A DNA stretch of 64,000 nt from Eledone cirrhosa (Eukaryota). Positions within the stretch are counted from its first letter, which is position 1; the number at the start of each line of letters is the position of its first letter. The notes below the pieces were generated by a model. It had not been told where the DNA came from. It did no database searches and saw only the letters and a program-made list of their open reading frames with translations. The position numbers were made by a program, and so were the translations under genes. The stretch spans positions 92,938,001 to 93,002,000 of the forward strand of contig OZ024746.1 of assembly GCA_964016885.1 (NCBI GenBank), in the 5' to 3' direction. Below, one piece after another: positions 28,880 to 41,782 of this stretch.

Positions 28880-29204
28880 GGAGGCACATAGCTTAGTGGT
28901 TAGAGCATTGGCCTTGCAATCGAAAGGTTGTGAGTTCAATTCTCAGACCGGGTGATGTGTTGTTTCCTTGAGCAAGACACTTTATTTCACATTGCTCCAG
29001 TTTACTCAGCTGTAGAAATGAGATGATAGGGATTGGGGTCCCTATCATTCCACTGCAAAGTGGTCATGGAGGTGCCACGGAAAAAAAGCACCCAGCACTC
29101 ACTGTAAATGAGGTTGGTGTTAGGAAGGGCATCCAGCTGTAGAAATCAAGCCAGTATGAGTTCCCGTCCCACTCTTGCAAGCAGGGAAAAGAGGACGTAA
29201 AATG

Positions 29205-29208
<4 letters not shown>
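28880..29208 (+). mobile_element. tRNA-derived SINE family A (young), with RTE-derived 3' tail
   Basis: A box (GCTTAGTGG) and B box (GAGTTCAATTC), central ccttgagcaagacact domain, 3' ~140 bp nearly identical to the RTE 3' UTR at ~21050-21185. Confidence 0.9.
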
Positions 29209-29245
<37 letters not shown>

Positions 29246-29942
29246 TGGACATTGTTTTCCGTTTCTCTAGTTCAGGGTTACAGTAGCCTATAATGAGGAC
29301 TGTTTCAACATACAGTGGTCGATGTTTACTTCAGCAGGTCGACCGTAGAGTTATCTTTTGATGGTTCCGTAATCAGTAAACCTTGGAGTAGTTACAAATA
29401 GATAAAAAGATTAACACAGATAAGCGATACACTGGGGTTTATTTCTAGCATTTACATGTTTCATTGTCAGCTTGTTTTTCACTGTCTTGAAATTGCTATT
29501 CTGTATATATATATATATATATATATTCATCACATTTTACTGAACATTCCTCTTTAGCTACCTGGAAATATTTGCTATCAAAGCACCTTCTAATTTCTTT
29601 TCTTTCTCTTTGTTTTTACAAAGAGAAGACCTTCATTGTTGATTAATATAATCTGTGCTTGCTGAACTTATTCCTACCACTTTAAACTCCAGCTGGTCTT
29701 TCTTAATTCTGTCTTCCTTATTGAGTTATGTTTATATTCCTTCTTTTCTGCATTTAGTTTAAAGATAGCAGGCTTCAGATAAGATATGATTTATAATACC
29801 ATAATACATTTAGAAGAACAAATTCTTTTCTGTTTAACATACTTAATAGATTGGATTATTTTCAGTTAGTACTCTTCTAAACATTTTTTTTTTTTAAATT
29901 TCTATCTCATGATATCTATCAGCAATTTCTCGACAACTAACT

Positions 29943-29979
<37 letters not shown>

Positions 29980-30478
29980 AACCCATCTAACCCATGCAAG
30001 CATAGATGGTAAACGATGATGATATATATAATATATATATCAACCCATGTAAGCATAGCCGGTAAACAATAATGATGATGTATATATATGTGTGTGTGTA
30101 TATACACACACACATCATCATCATATGTCCGCTTTTCCCTGCTTATATATATGTGTGTGTGCGCGTACACACACAAATACACATTTTCAGATGTATATTC
30201 CTATTGTTTTGTATTATATATAATTTTTATTAGTTTCTGGTGCACATGTGGCTTCACACCACATTCAGGTTCACTTCCTCTGTATTTCACCTTTGAATGT
30301 AATCTTTGAATTTCTTTTTTTTTTTTGTATCTTGTAGTATCGGGCCCAAACCGTGATCCTGGGAGGATTGTATTTTTAAAGTTCTTGGAGGATGTTTCAT
30401 GGAATTTTGTTGTTGAAGTTTTCTCAAAGCTTTTTTGATTAACCCAAGTTTTCCAACCAGTATTGGTATGGTTTAGGT

Positions 30479-30894
30479 CAGAGGTTCTCAAACCTTTTGG
30501 GCCACCGCTCCCCTCACAGCCATGTAATACCCTCAGCACCCACCACCTCTATTTCCAGAGAGACCTACCTACACCCAAATTGTAAATAATATATAATAAA
30601 TAAAATCATTAATCTATATATAATAAATAATATAATGTATACTATGTATAAATAAATATTACATATATTTTTTATTTCACTATATTTATATATAATATGT
30701 ATCATTTGATATTTAATATACTATTATATCATCGCTACTGGTGTTTTTAATTATGTCTGACTTGTTCTCTTTGATTTCTGTAGCTGGCTGTACTAGCATG
30801 TCCCATAGGATGGTAACATTATCATTCTTTGGTACCCCTGGACCTTCTTAATGCCCGCCCAGGGGAGCAGTACCGCCCACTTTGAGAACCTCTA
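30479..30894. mobile_element. hAT (Charlie-like) MITE, same family, opposite orientation
   Basis: TIR CAGAGGTTCTCAAA / TTTGAGAACCTCTA; flanks GTTTAGGT / ATTTAGAT. Confidence 0.82.
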
Positions 30895-30952
30895 ATTTAG
30901 ATGGTCTTGTCTTACACACTAGATATCTCAATTTCAAGGCCTTTATGTTCAC

Positions 30953-31137
30953 ATAGTTTTTCTATGAACTTCACTGATGTGCTATGGATAGTTTTTCTAT
31001 GAACTTCACTGATGTGCTATGGATAGTTTTTCTATGAACTTCACTGATGTGCTATGGATAGTTTTTCTATGAACTTCACTGATGTGCTATGGATAGTTTT
31101 TCTATGAACTTCACTGATGTGCTTCACTGATGTGCTA
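30953..31137. repeat. 35-bp minisatellite, ~5 identical units
   Basis: Unit ATAGTTTTTCTATGAACTTCACTGATGTGCTATGG; no spacers. Confidence 0.95.
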
Positions 31138-31789
31138 AGGTCTGCTGGTATTGACCAATCAGCAGAGATTTTTTTTATCTTTGGTGTTTTTAATTATGAT
31201 GTCTGACTTGTTCTCTTTGATATCTGTAGCTGTCTGCACTAGCATGTCCCATAGGATGGTAACATTATCATTCTTTGGTACCAGTACTTTTTTTGGTTTG
31301 TGGTTATACCACTTTTCAGAGACTTTGATGTTTAGTGTAGGTATGCAAATGTCTTGTGGTGATGGATATATTCGTTTTTATTATTTTTGTTTTGTTTGTT
31401 TCCACATGCTGGTCAGTTTCTTCAAGGTTCCACATATCCTATATACTTTGTTTATGCCATCTTTGATTCTTTGATGGTAATATGAACAACTGGTACTAAG
31501 ACTTTGATCTTGGGCAGTAATTATTATTATTGAAACCATGCCAAATATTTGTTGAGAAAACTCTTCAATTTTTTTCTAGGACATGATAACCTCTCTAGTG
31601 CTGGTACCATAATAAAATTCTCCCACTACACGTTGTAAATACTTTGGTGTTAGGAAAGGTATCCATGCAGAAACTGTGCTATATAGAAGACATGTGAGCA
31701 AGTTGTGGTCTCTCCAACTTCTCTTGTCTCAGACCATGATGACCCCGTCTACCCCATGCCAAGGAAAACATGTAAAATCTTTCTCTCTC

Positions 31790-31930
31790 ATCACTCTTTA
31801 CTTTCTACTTATCTTCTTTTTCTAACTCTATCTTCTGATGAAGCACTAGTGCCCAAAACATTAAGACTCTCTTCCTGCTATTTCAAGCGTTAAACTAATA
31901 TATTTCTTCCATGTACTGTGCTGTTTGTTT
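31790..31930 (+). mobile_element. Penelope-like pLTR-derived short repeat with hammerhead motif at 31831-31866 (copy 4)
   Basis: TCTTCTGATGAAGCACTAGTGCCCAAAACATTAAGA (CpG-type decay of the GAAACG core) plus the shared tail, followed by (TA)n. Confidence 0.55.
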
Positions 31931-33027
31931 ATATATATATATGTCAAATTTTCATAGTTTTCAACTACCAAATTTCACTTAAAAATCATTTACTCAAGGT
32001 ACCAACCAGTGGGAGTGAACCAGGTACCACATAATTATAAATTAAACTTCTTAACCACACAGCCATGAATTTATGGATCAAAAATGAAATATTTTGTTTG
32101 AGTTACTTGTTTGAAATGGAACGAAAAAATAAAATGAAATTTACAGTTCATACTTATGTAGTTTAGCTAGTCTCTTATGTAGTTGTATCTCATTGTAGGC
32201 TTCTTGGGTGTTTTAATCCTTTTAATACTGACCCAGTCTGAACCAGCTCGTGTGTCTGTAAAACAAAACCAACCATATGTTAAGTTACTATTGTAGTAAT
32301 GAATTAATTAATTTTAGTAAATCCCTCCAAGTTTTTCATTAATTAATAACGGTTTCATTAGATATTCATTGTGATGTAAATTGTCTATTCAAAAGTGAAA
32401 ATAACATTTACACTATTTTATGTTTGACTGAAATATCAACAACTTTGAAGAAAAGGTCATATACATTTTTGTGTAAATTATTTCCTTTCAATTGTTTTCT
32501 GAGAGAGATTTCCAAATGTTATCTGAGTGAGATTTCCAAATGTTATCATAGAAAATTCTTTAAATATTCAGTTGTATTTTCTGACATCATCAATTATAGA
32601 GTTGGTGTATGGTTTAGCATTAGGTGTGCTTTTGTTGTCATTGTCATTTAATTCTTAATATCCTGTACCACAGGAGACCACATTAACAAGACCTTGTTGA
32701 AAAGTACAAAACAGTACTATGATTGCATCACATTAAAAATTGAAGTATTTACTCTAATACAGCAAACTTTCACAACAATCCTGGTTTTAGTTATTTTCTA
32801 AATCATTACAATATGAATATATTCACAATCTCTCTACTGGTAACAATACTATAAACATTTGAATTAACAAACCTGTTTTTAGATATTTTCTGTGAAATCA
32901 CAACTGGATATTAACGTTTTGTTGAATTAACAGTCATTACAACATTGAATAAAATGCTTTACAGCATGTAGCATGTAGGCTGGTTCTCTGCGCACTGAGT
33001 TTAACCCTTTAGCATTTACATTACTCT

Positions 33028-33370
33028 CATCACCATCATCATCATCATTTTACGTCCACTTTTCCCTGCTTGCAAGGATGGGATGGGAACTGATTCTGGC
33101 TTGATTTCTACAGCTGGATGCCCTTCCTAACACCAACCTCATTTACAGTGAGTGCTGGGTGCTTTTTTGCCATGGCACCTCCACGACCACTTTGCAGTGG
33201 AATGATAAGGACCCCAGTCCCTATCATCTCATTTCTACAGCTGAGTAAACTGGAGTAATGTGAAATAAAGTGTCTTGCTCAAGGAAACAACACATCACTT
33301 GGTTTGAGAATTGAACTCACAACCTTTCGATTGCAAGGCCAATGCTCTAACCACTAAGCCATGTGCCTCC
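33028..33370 (-). mobile_element. SINE family A copy
   Basis: Reverse complement of 28880-29208 with few differences. Confidence 0.9.
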
Positions 33371-33548
33371 ATTATGTAAATGAAAATTATTTTAAGCTGA
33401 TATAACCTGTAATATGTTTCTAAATTACATTCTAAAATTGATTGTTGATACATAATTGTTTCTACTTTAGGCACAAGGCCAGCAATTATCCAGTGCATTA
33501 CTGGTACTTTATTTTATCGACCCTATGAGAGACATCAAATTTTTGGTT

Positions 33549-33893
33549 ATCATCATTTCATCATTTCATTTTACGTCCGCTTTTTCCCTGCTTGCAAGGG
33601 TGGGACAGGAACTGATTCTGGCTTGATTTCTACAGCTGGATGCCCTTCCTAACACCAATCTCATTTCCAGTGAGTGCTGGGTGCTTTTTTTCCCGTGGCA
33701 CCTACACGACCACTTTGCAGTGGAATGATAGGGACATCAGTCCCTATCATCTCATTTCTACATCTGAGTAAACTGGAGCAATGTGAAATAAAGTGTCTTG
33801 CTCAAGGAAACAACACATCACCCGGTCTGAGAATTGAACTCCCAACCTTTCGATTGCAAAGCCAATGCTCTAACCACTAAACCATGTGCCTCC
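33549..33893 (-). mobile_element. SINE family A copy
   Basis: Full-length copy of the same family. Confidence 0.9.
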
Positions 33894-35950
33894 ATATATA
33901 CTTTTATATTCCCATGGTAAAGGCTTCACTTCACATAATTATCTCATATAATATTGAATCTATGAGATTTTCATATTATTTATTTTGAGAACAATATCTT
34001 AACATCAGTATGAGTGGCTTGTTACAGCCGGTTTTAACAGAAAGAGGTGAGATATGGCCAGTTTAACTGCTAAAGGGTTAAATCCTGCTGGGGTCAACTT
34101 TGCCTTTCATCCTTTAGGAGTTGATTATAGGTGCAGGCATGGTTGTATGTTTAATGAGTTCACTTTGCAACCATGTGGTTTTGGGTTCAGTCTCACTGCA
34201 GGGCACTTTGGGCAAATGTCTTCTACTGCTGTCATAGATTGACCTATGCCTTCTGAATTAAATTTAATAGATGGAAACTGCAGAAACCTACTCTGTCTGT
34301 CTGTCTATCTCTGTCTGTGTTTTATGTTCAGCGACTTAGCAGTTTAAAATATTGATAAAATACTAGGCTTGGAACAAAAACATGGACAGTATGATTGACT
34401 AAATTCAAGGCAGTGTCGCAGAGCATAATGAAACCAGTAAAGGACAAAAGAATAATGTACAAGTCCTGCAGCCAATTCTTCCTCTTTCTCATAAATTGGC
34501 TGTGTTTACACTTTGAGGGTAATGGGCTCTGCCAGGTTTAAATGTCCAGAAATCGAGTGTGCTCAAACCTGGAGAGACTTGTGTTCTGCCAGGTTTAAAT
34601 ACTCGACATTCTGTATTATGACAGCATCCCTACATACAGCTCTACCAGGAGGTCAGTCTATGAGTGGAAATATTTATAATACACAAATTACATAATTATG
34701 GTACTGATGGCAGGGATATATATATCCATGACGGTCTCACAGAACTAATGTTGTTAGTAAGAAATTTGATATGCATATTTTCATGTCTTTCTTCATATAA
34801 AATCATTTTCAATGTTCAACTATAGGTATAGGCATGGCCATATGGTTGCAGGTTAAGTCCCATCATGTAGCACCTTTACTATATCACCGCTACTATATTA
34901 TTGAATTCTATGTAGCTGTTGCTGTATGGATCATACTCCATACAGTATGTCATTAGCTGTTGTAGTATGGTTCATATATCATATTTCTACTAATATATTT
35001 TATCATTATCACTTTATTATTGAACTCTGTATAGCTGTTGTAGGCGGCGAATTGGCAGTCGTTAGAACGTCGGATAGAATGCTTTGTAGTATTCATTTTG
35101 GTTCTCTGAGTTCAAATCCTGCCGAGGTCAACTTTGTCTTTCATCCTTTCGAAGTCAGTAAAAAAAAGTACCAGTCAAATACTGGGGTTGATTCTTCCTC
35201 TATATATCTTTCTCTCTTTTTTTTTTTCTCTCTCTATTCGTCTCTGGAAGAAATCTACTGTATTTAGACCTAGAAAGGAGATGAGCTCCGCCAGGTTTAA
35301 CAAATGCCCTAGAAATGCTGTATGTCAATATGGCGCCCCAATGGCTCTTCAGGGGTTACAGAACCATATATACATATCATACATAGCTGTTTTTGTATTG
35401 TCTATATCCCATATAGTACATCCTTAGTTGTTAATATGGTTCACACCACATATAGTATGTCATTCCTCAAGGTCAGTGCTTTTTTTTAGACCAACTAGAC
35501 AACTTCCCAGAGTGCAGACCTCAAAGTGGCACACAACTGAACCGTAAAAAATCAGTTTTATACAAATATATATAATTAAATAACATATATAATAATTTCC
35601 TACAATCAATAACTTGCAAAACAATTTTAGTGTATATATATTTTATTTTGCAGGAGAATGGCGTGTATAACTGGGAGAAGAGGGTGCCATACTTTGTAAG
35701 GCTAGCCTAGGGAGCTAAGTACCCTGACCCTAGTTCTGTCCTTATTTTCTTTCAGACTCTTCCTCAATCTATCATCTGTCTATTCCTTATCAAATCTCTC
35801 TCTCATACATATTCTCTTAGTCACACACACACAAATTTTCCAGTTGACCAATTCCAGTAAACTTGTTATTATCTGGCAACAATTTTTCATCAATAGAGAA
35901 ATGTGCCTGGAACTAAGAATGTTCATTTTTTTATGCTGGATCTGGTCTTC

Positions 35951-35990
<40 letters not shown>

Positions 35991-36116
35991 AACTGTGAGA
36001 GTATGCCCATGTGTCAGTAAATGGATAGGGCTATTTATAATTATCCCCCCTGTTTTCCCTCTTTTGTTCAGTTTTAATGGGAGACATGGGTATTCATTCA
36101 AAAATGAACACACAGA

Positions 36117-36150
<34 letters not shown>

Positions 36151-37718
36151 ATCAACAACACCACCTTTATCACCAACAACAACACAAACACTATCACAAC
36201 ATTATCACCAACACCAGTTAACTGTAGTGAGTCAGCTTCTAAAATAAGAATCAACCTAGTTATTTTATTTATATTTTTCAAGTGTATGTGTATATATGTG
36301 TGCACGTGTGTGTGTGTGGGGGGGGGGGGGTGTATATATGTGAGGGGGAGGTGAGAAAGATCAGAGGAGGGTGGGGCTTTATTTACTATACATGGTTTAT
36401 CTGACAGCTCCGCTCCTTCCCTAGGAACAAAGAAAACAGTTACATACACACATACACATAGATAAGCACACACATAGACAAGCACATACACAATCACACA
36501 CATTCATATAGACAAGCACACACATACTTATCACACACATATACACATACACAAGTATACATATAGATAATCACACACACATACAAGCACATACACATAG
36601 ACAAGCACACATGCACTCATACACATTCACTAACACACATACACCCATATAGCCACAAAGGTATTCATTACATACACACACATCACAGGGAAGTTACTAA
36701 AATCTTTTCTTTTTAGTTTTCTTTTCTTCCCATCCACCCCCACCTATCTTTCTCACTACCCCTCTTCTATCTTTTAACCCTAATTTGGGCACATGTGTAC
36801 ATAGATACACATACATACATATACATACACACTCACATACAAAGATGTGCATACACACATACATGTTTATATATGCACAAACATATGCATTCACATGTGT
36901 GTGTGCACACCTATATACATATAGACATTAGGGTAGTGTAGACACTGAGCCACACACACACACTAACACATATGCACACTCAATACAAAGCCATATGTAC
37001 ACATGCATACACACACACACACATACACACTCTATACCTAGCCATATGTATATATGCATACCCCATACACACTATACCTAGCCATATGTATATATGCATA
37101 CTACACACACGCACACACATATATATACCCTATAAATAGACAAATGTACACTAATTTCTACACATGGCCATATGTACATAAACACTAATTTCTACACATG
37201 GCCATATGTGCTCACACACACACACATGTTTCTAGAAAGAAGTGACCTCATCACTGTTAAAATGGTGTTGATATATTAATCCAAGGTTTGTATGTAACCT
37301 AAAGCTGTTGTGAGATAGATGAGTGCTTTTATAACTTGTGTTCTAGTTGACACAGTAAACAAGGAGTTTCCTCTTTTCTGTATTACTACCACACACTGTC
37401 CCTCTACTGCTACCTATACTATCACACTGTCCCTATACTACCATACACTGTCTCTATACTACCATACACTGTCTCTGTACTACCACACACTGTCTGTACT
37501 ACCTCTATACTACCATACTACTGTCAGTTTGCTACCTTTATACAGCCACTACATCACTACAAAATAAACTGTTGCAATACATGGTTTGAAACACTCTGAG
37601 CTGATGAATCTTACGCTATTGTCCAAAATAATTTAACTGTTCGCGTTCTGTACCACATGAACCCACATGAGCAAAACATTCTTGAAAAGTATAAAACAGT
37701 ACGACTGTATCACATTAA

Positions 37719-37939
37719 CCCTTTAGCATTTAAACCGGCTGTATCCAACCAGAATTCTCTCACTTCATTCTGTTCAAACCTGCCGTAACTGGCTGTGCAT
37801 ACTGATGTTAAAGTATTGTTTTCAAAATAAGTAACATCAAAATCTCATAGATTCAATATCATGTGAAATAATTATGTGAGGTAAAGCCTTTACTGCGAAA
37901 ATACAACAGGAAATATAGAGTAATGTGAATGCTAAAGAG
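37719..37939. mobile_element. piggyBac-like MITE inserted in another repeat
   Basis: TTAA at both ends; paralogous empty sites at ~32731 and ~62699. Confidence 0.85.
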
Positions 37940-39032
37940 TTAAATATGAAAGTCATTACTCTAATACTGCAAATTTTGACTGATCTGTCCACTAGTAAAG
38001 ATACTATAAGCAATTGATTTAACTAACACTAGGTATTTTTTGCTAAATCATTGGAACAGGTTGGCTGGTTGGTTGATAGGTAGGTAATCCAAGACTTTAC
38101 TATCAGCCAAACAAATAAAGAACTTATAATGGTGAGCAGAAAACTTAGAGAGTAATTGCTGATACGGTTTTAGTCATCATTGATTTTACAATTGCTGAAC
38201 AGAAAACTTGACTAAAATGTTATCAGTTACAATATCAAAGCTTTACTGCTGGAATCAGAGATCAAGTGTAATTGCCCAACACCCCACCCACTCACACCTC
38301 TCCTTCAGTTAAGTATATATTTGTTAAGAACAAATGAACTGACAAGAATGGGTGTTGGCCTGTAACTAAACCCAAAGGTTAAGAATGTTTTAGGTAACAC
38401 ACAAGTCAGTATGTCAGGAATTCTTATCTGTTAATTAGGATTGAATTCAAGTTTTTCCATTTCTGAGAACACTATTGATAACTCTGTATTGAAAACACTG
38501 CATTGGTAAACTGCCCCCTCCTCGTCTGCAGAAACTTATAATTGTTAAAGTATGTTGAATTTCAGAATATTTTTATCATCACCACCATCATCATCATTTT
38601 ATGTCTGCTTTCCATACTGGCATAAGTTGGAGAAGTCATCACTGTCTGAGACTAAACAGGTTGAAGAGACCACATCTTGCTCATATGTTCCATATTTGGC
38701 ATGCTTTGTATGGCTTGATGCCCTTCCTAATGCCAACCAGCTTACAGAGTACTAGGTGTATTATATCATGGCACCAGCACTACTACTTTACAGAGTGTAC
38801 TGTGTATTTTATCACGGCACAAACAATACCACTTCACGGAGTGTACAGGATGTATTTTATGGAAGCACCAGCACAATTGCATTACAAAACTCACCATAAC
38901 AATAATTTATATTATATTTTATTTTCTGAAGTTCACAGTAACGAAAGGATTAAATATGTAATCTGAATAAAGTTCAATTTCTATTTGCTGGAAACTGTTT
39001 AGGTATACCATGTTTATTAGAACGCTGTTTAA

Positions 39033-39237
39033 CCCTTTAGCATTTAAACCGGCCGTATCCAACCAAAATTCTCTCACCTCTTACTGTTCAAACTGGCTGT
39101 AACCAGCTGCTCATATTTATGTTAAGGTATTGTTTTCAAAATAAATATCAAAATCTCATAGATTCGATATTATGTAAGATAAAGCCTTTACTGTGAAAAT
39201 ATAATAGTAAATATAGAGTAATGTAAATGCTAAAGGG
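39033..39237. mobile_element. piggyBac-like MITE (205 bp)
   Basis: TTAA|CCCTTTAGCATTTA ... TAAATGCTAAAGGG|TTAA: 14-bp TIRs and TTAA TSD. Confidence 0.88.
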
Positions 39238-40116
39238 TTAAATTGTAGTAAAGACATGGTGTTTCAGCTTGTGTGTTCAGTAAGCCTTTCAGTTGTATAA
39301 ATAACATTACAAATAAACATACAGAAAAAGAGAGAAGCATTGGAAAAGATCTTGAATTAAATCTGTAACTCAAATCATCCACTCCTTCACATAATATGTG
39401 TAATTCTATTTATTGATTAATGATGGTCTTACTATAACAACCAGTTGTTTATCTATATCTTCTGATTCATGTATTCCTCCACTGCAAATGTTCTGGTCTT
39501 CTCTCATAAACTATCAGATTTCTTGTATTAGACTTTCAAATGAATGCAGCACAGTGCATGTCTCTTTATTCAAAGTACTATTATTGATTTAGTGGTGGTG
39601 CATGGTTTAGTGGGTAGGGTTTTTGGCTCACGAATGTATGGTTGTCAGTTTGATTCCCAGCAACGAATTGTAACCTTGTACAAAACACTTTTTTTTTTTT
39701 CATGTTGCTTCAGTCCACTCAGTTGGGTAAAAAGGAGTACTAACACATATATAGTGATTTCTGATTTTAGGCACAAGGCCAACAATTTGGGGGGAGGGGA
39801 AAGTTGATTAAATCAGCCTCAGTGCATTACTGGTACTTTATTTTATTGACCCCCTAAGGATGAAAGACAAAGCTAACCTCAGTAGGATTTGAACTTAGGT
39901 TGTAAAGGGGCTTAACCCTATGCCATAAAGCATGTTGTCTGATTCTGTAACTATACTGCCAATCCACCGCCCTATAATGAGTGAGTTTTAATATTAATAC
40001 TTTGTATACAGGATGAATGACATTCCTTCCTCCATGTGGTTTAAAGTCTAAAAATACAAGATAACTAATATGTCATATGAAATTACTCTTTAGGTATGAG
40101 TATGCTCCACTACTAA

Positions 40117-40362
40117 CTAACTTACCTTCCGCCTCTGGGTCCCAGCCGACAAGATGAAGAATACATTGCTCTGGAGGATGGTGAGGGAGATGTGCTTCAA
40201 CAGCCACTCCACCTTACGTGACTTGCACCTGCAGGCAGCCAACTCCGCTTCAATAGCAGTGAATAGGGATGTGGTCCGGGAGCTAAGAACAATGGAAGTT
40301 TCCACTGCTACAGGCTCTACCACAAACCTATCAGAGAGTCGCCAATACTTGGACAGTTTGCC
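40117..40362 (-). mobile_element. CRE-like REL-endonuclease LINE 3' fragment
   Basis: Minus strand GKLSKYWRLSDRFVVEPVAVETSIVLSSRTTSL...EWLLKHISLTILQSNVFFILS matches the CRE-type KxxKY..PxAVETxG..QRISxAIxRGNA C-terminus. Confidence 0.7.
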
Positions 40363-40365
40363 TTA

Positions 40366-40556
40366 AAAAAAAATGAGTTGTACTTGTAATTCAAAGGGTT
40401 TACCTTGATACATACTGTCATGCTGAATCTTCCTGATAATCATTAAGGATACACGTGTTTGTGGAATACTCAGTTGCTTGCACGTTAAATTTCATGAGCA
40501 GGCTTTTCTGTTATTTGAATAACTGAAACACTCAGTTTGAACCAACAGAGGTCAAA
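40366..40556 (+). mobile_element. SINE body with Nin/Deu-like domain (5'-truncated)
   Basis: cacgtgtttgtggaatactcag..ttgcacgttaa.tttcatgagcaggc; opposite-strand homologue at ~15748-16230 split by a hAT MITE. Domain name is from recall. Confidence 0.5.
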
Positions 40557-41695
40557 CAATTATTTATTTATTTAAGATCTTTACTTGTCTATTAATTATA
40601 GTTCAATAACCTGGTATTACAGAGTGATTTTAATAACATTCAATCATATTTGATTAGAAATATTCTATACATTTTTGTATTTTTTTTAATGTCCTTGGTT
40701 TCTTTTTCCATTATAAATTTACTGAAATTTTTTTTTATCTTGTTTTCTGTTTTAGCTTTGATAAAATAATTTATTTGTTTATTGTTGATAAAAACGAAAA
40801 TTCTCTCCTTTTTCTGTTCAAACCAGCCAAAACTGACTAACCGAAGGGCTGCTCATACCATTATTAAGATTTTGTTTTTAAATAAATGTCTATGTGAGAT
40901 AAACCCTTACCGTGAATATACAATAGTAAATATGGAGTATGTAAATGGTAAAGGGTTAAATCTTCAGAAATTATATCATCATCATTATTATCATCAGGTG
41001 ATGGATTAGCAGTATTGGTAGATCATTGGACAATTTTCTTTGCAGCATAGTTATGGCACATACGATCTGAGTTCAAATCTTGCCGAGGTTAGCTTTGTCT
41101 TTCATCCTTACAGTAATGTACTGGGGTTGATTTAATTGACTTTCCCCTCCCCCCCAAATTGCTGGCCTTGTGCCTAAATCAGAAACCATTGTTATCTCAA
41201 TTTTCTGTACCAGATAAAACCACTGCAAGACATTCTTCAAAAGCATCACATAAAAAATCAGTCTTTACTGCAAATGTTCACAATGATTTGTTCAATAGTA
41301 AATATACTATAAATGTTGGAATTAACAAACCTGTTCTTTTTTTATTTTCTGCTAAATCATTACAGGATATTAAGAGATAATTGTTTCTACTTTTGGCACA
41401 AGGCTAGCAATTACCCAGTACATTACTGGTACTTTATTTTATCGACCCCGTAAGGATGAAAGGCAAAGTTAACCTCAGCGGGATTATGCTACAAATTTTA
41501 AAAACAAACTGTCCACTAATAAAGATATAAACATTTGAATTAACAAACATGTTTTTCAATATTTTCTGCAAAATCATAACCGGCTGTTATTACGTCTACA
41601 TTTTGATATCATCATTTTGGTTGTTCTTTTATCAATGTTTTGAAATAATGCTTTCATCACTTTATTTATTTTATTTTTTTTTTTTTATTGCTCAG

Positions 41696-41782
41696 GATGA
41701 TTCTGAAGAATATGACTCAAAGTTGGATTTAGAAGAATTATTGAATTTAGAAACAGACAGTGAAAGAAAATGCTATGCATTT
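41696..41782 (+). CDS. PPP1R14: Internal coding exon (87 nt, phase 0-0), probable PPP1R14/CPI-17-family protein phosphatase 1 inhibitor
   Basis: Long polypyrimidine tract plus ctcAG acceptor (41691-41695) and GTGAGT donor (41783-41788). Reads DDSEEYDSKLDLEELLNLETDSERKCYAF, similar to the acidic 'EIDxDELLxxExDxxR' segment that forms its own ~81-84 nt phase-0 exon in vertebrate PPP1R14A/B (from memory of the family). Exon status is well supported; the family call is inference. No other exons recognised. Confidence 0.62.

Larger units (their letters stand above)
30350..31350 (-). mobile_element. R4/Dong-like (restriction-like endonuclease) LINE C-terminal relic, interrupted by a hAT MITE
   Basis: Minus strand gives KWYNHKPKKV..NDNVTILWDM..IKENKSDIIIK, then STSVKFIEKL..KGLEIEI, then TIPILVGKLGLIKK, matching the WYxHxP/ILWD/RPD/EKxxKY/IPxxxGxLG order of R4-type REL domains. 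Confidence 0.72.

Noticed and set aside
28880-28952. tRNA-like sequence with A and B boxes
   Set aside because: It is the head of a multicopy SINE; no proper acceptor stem.
30953-31137. 35-bp repeats of CRISPR-like length
   Set aside because: Directly tandem with no spacers, no cas genes, eukaryotic context, and derived from a LINE relic.
36215-36430. Possible promoter or enhancer (TGAGTCA site, G-rich boxes)
   Set aside because: Short motifs are expected by chance and no transcript start or first exon can be supported.
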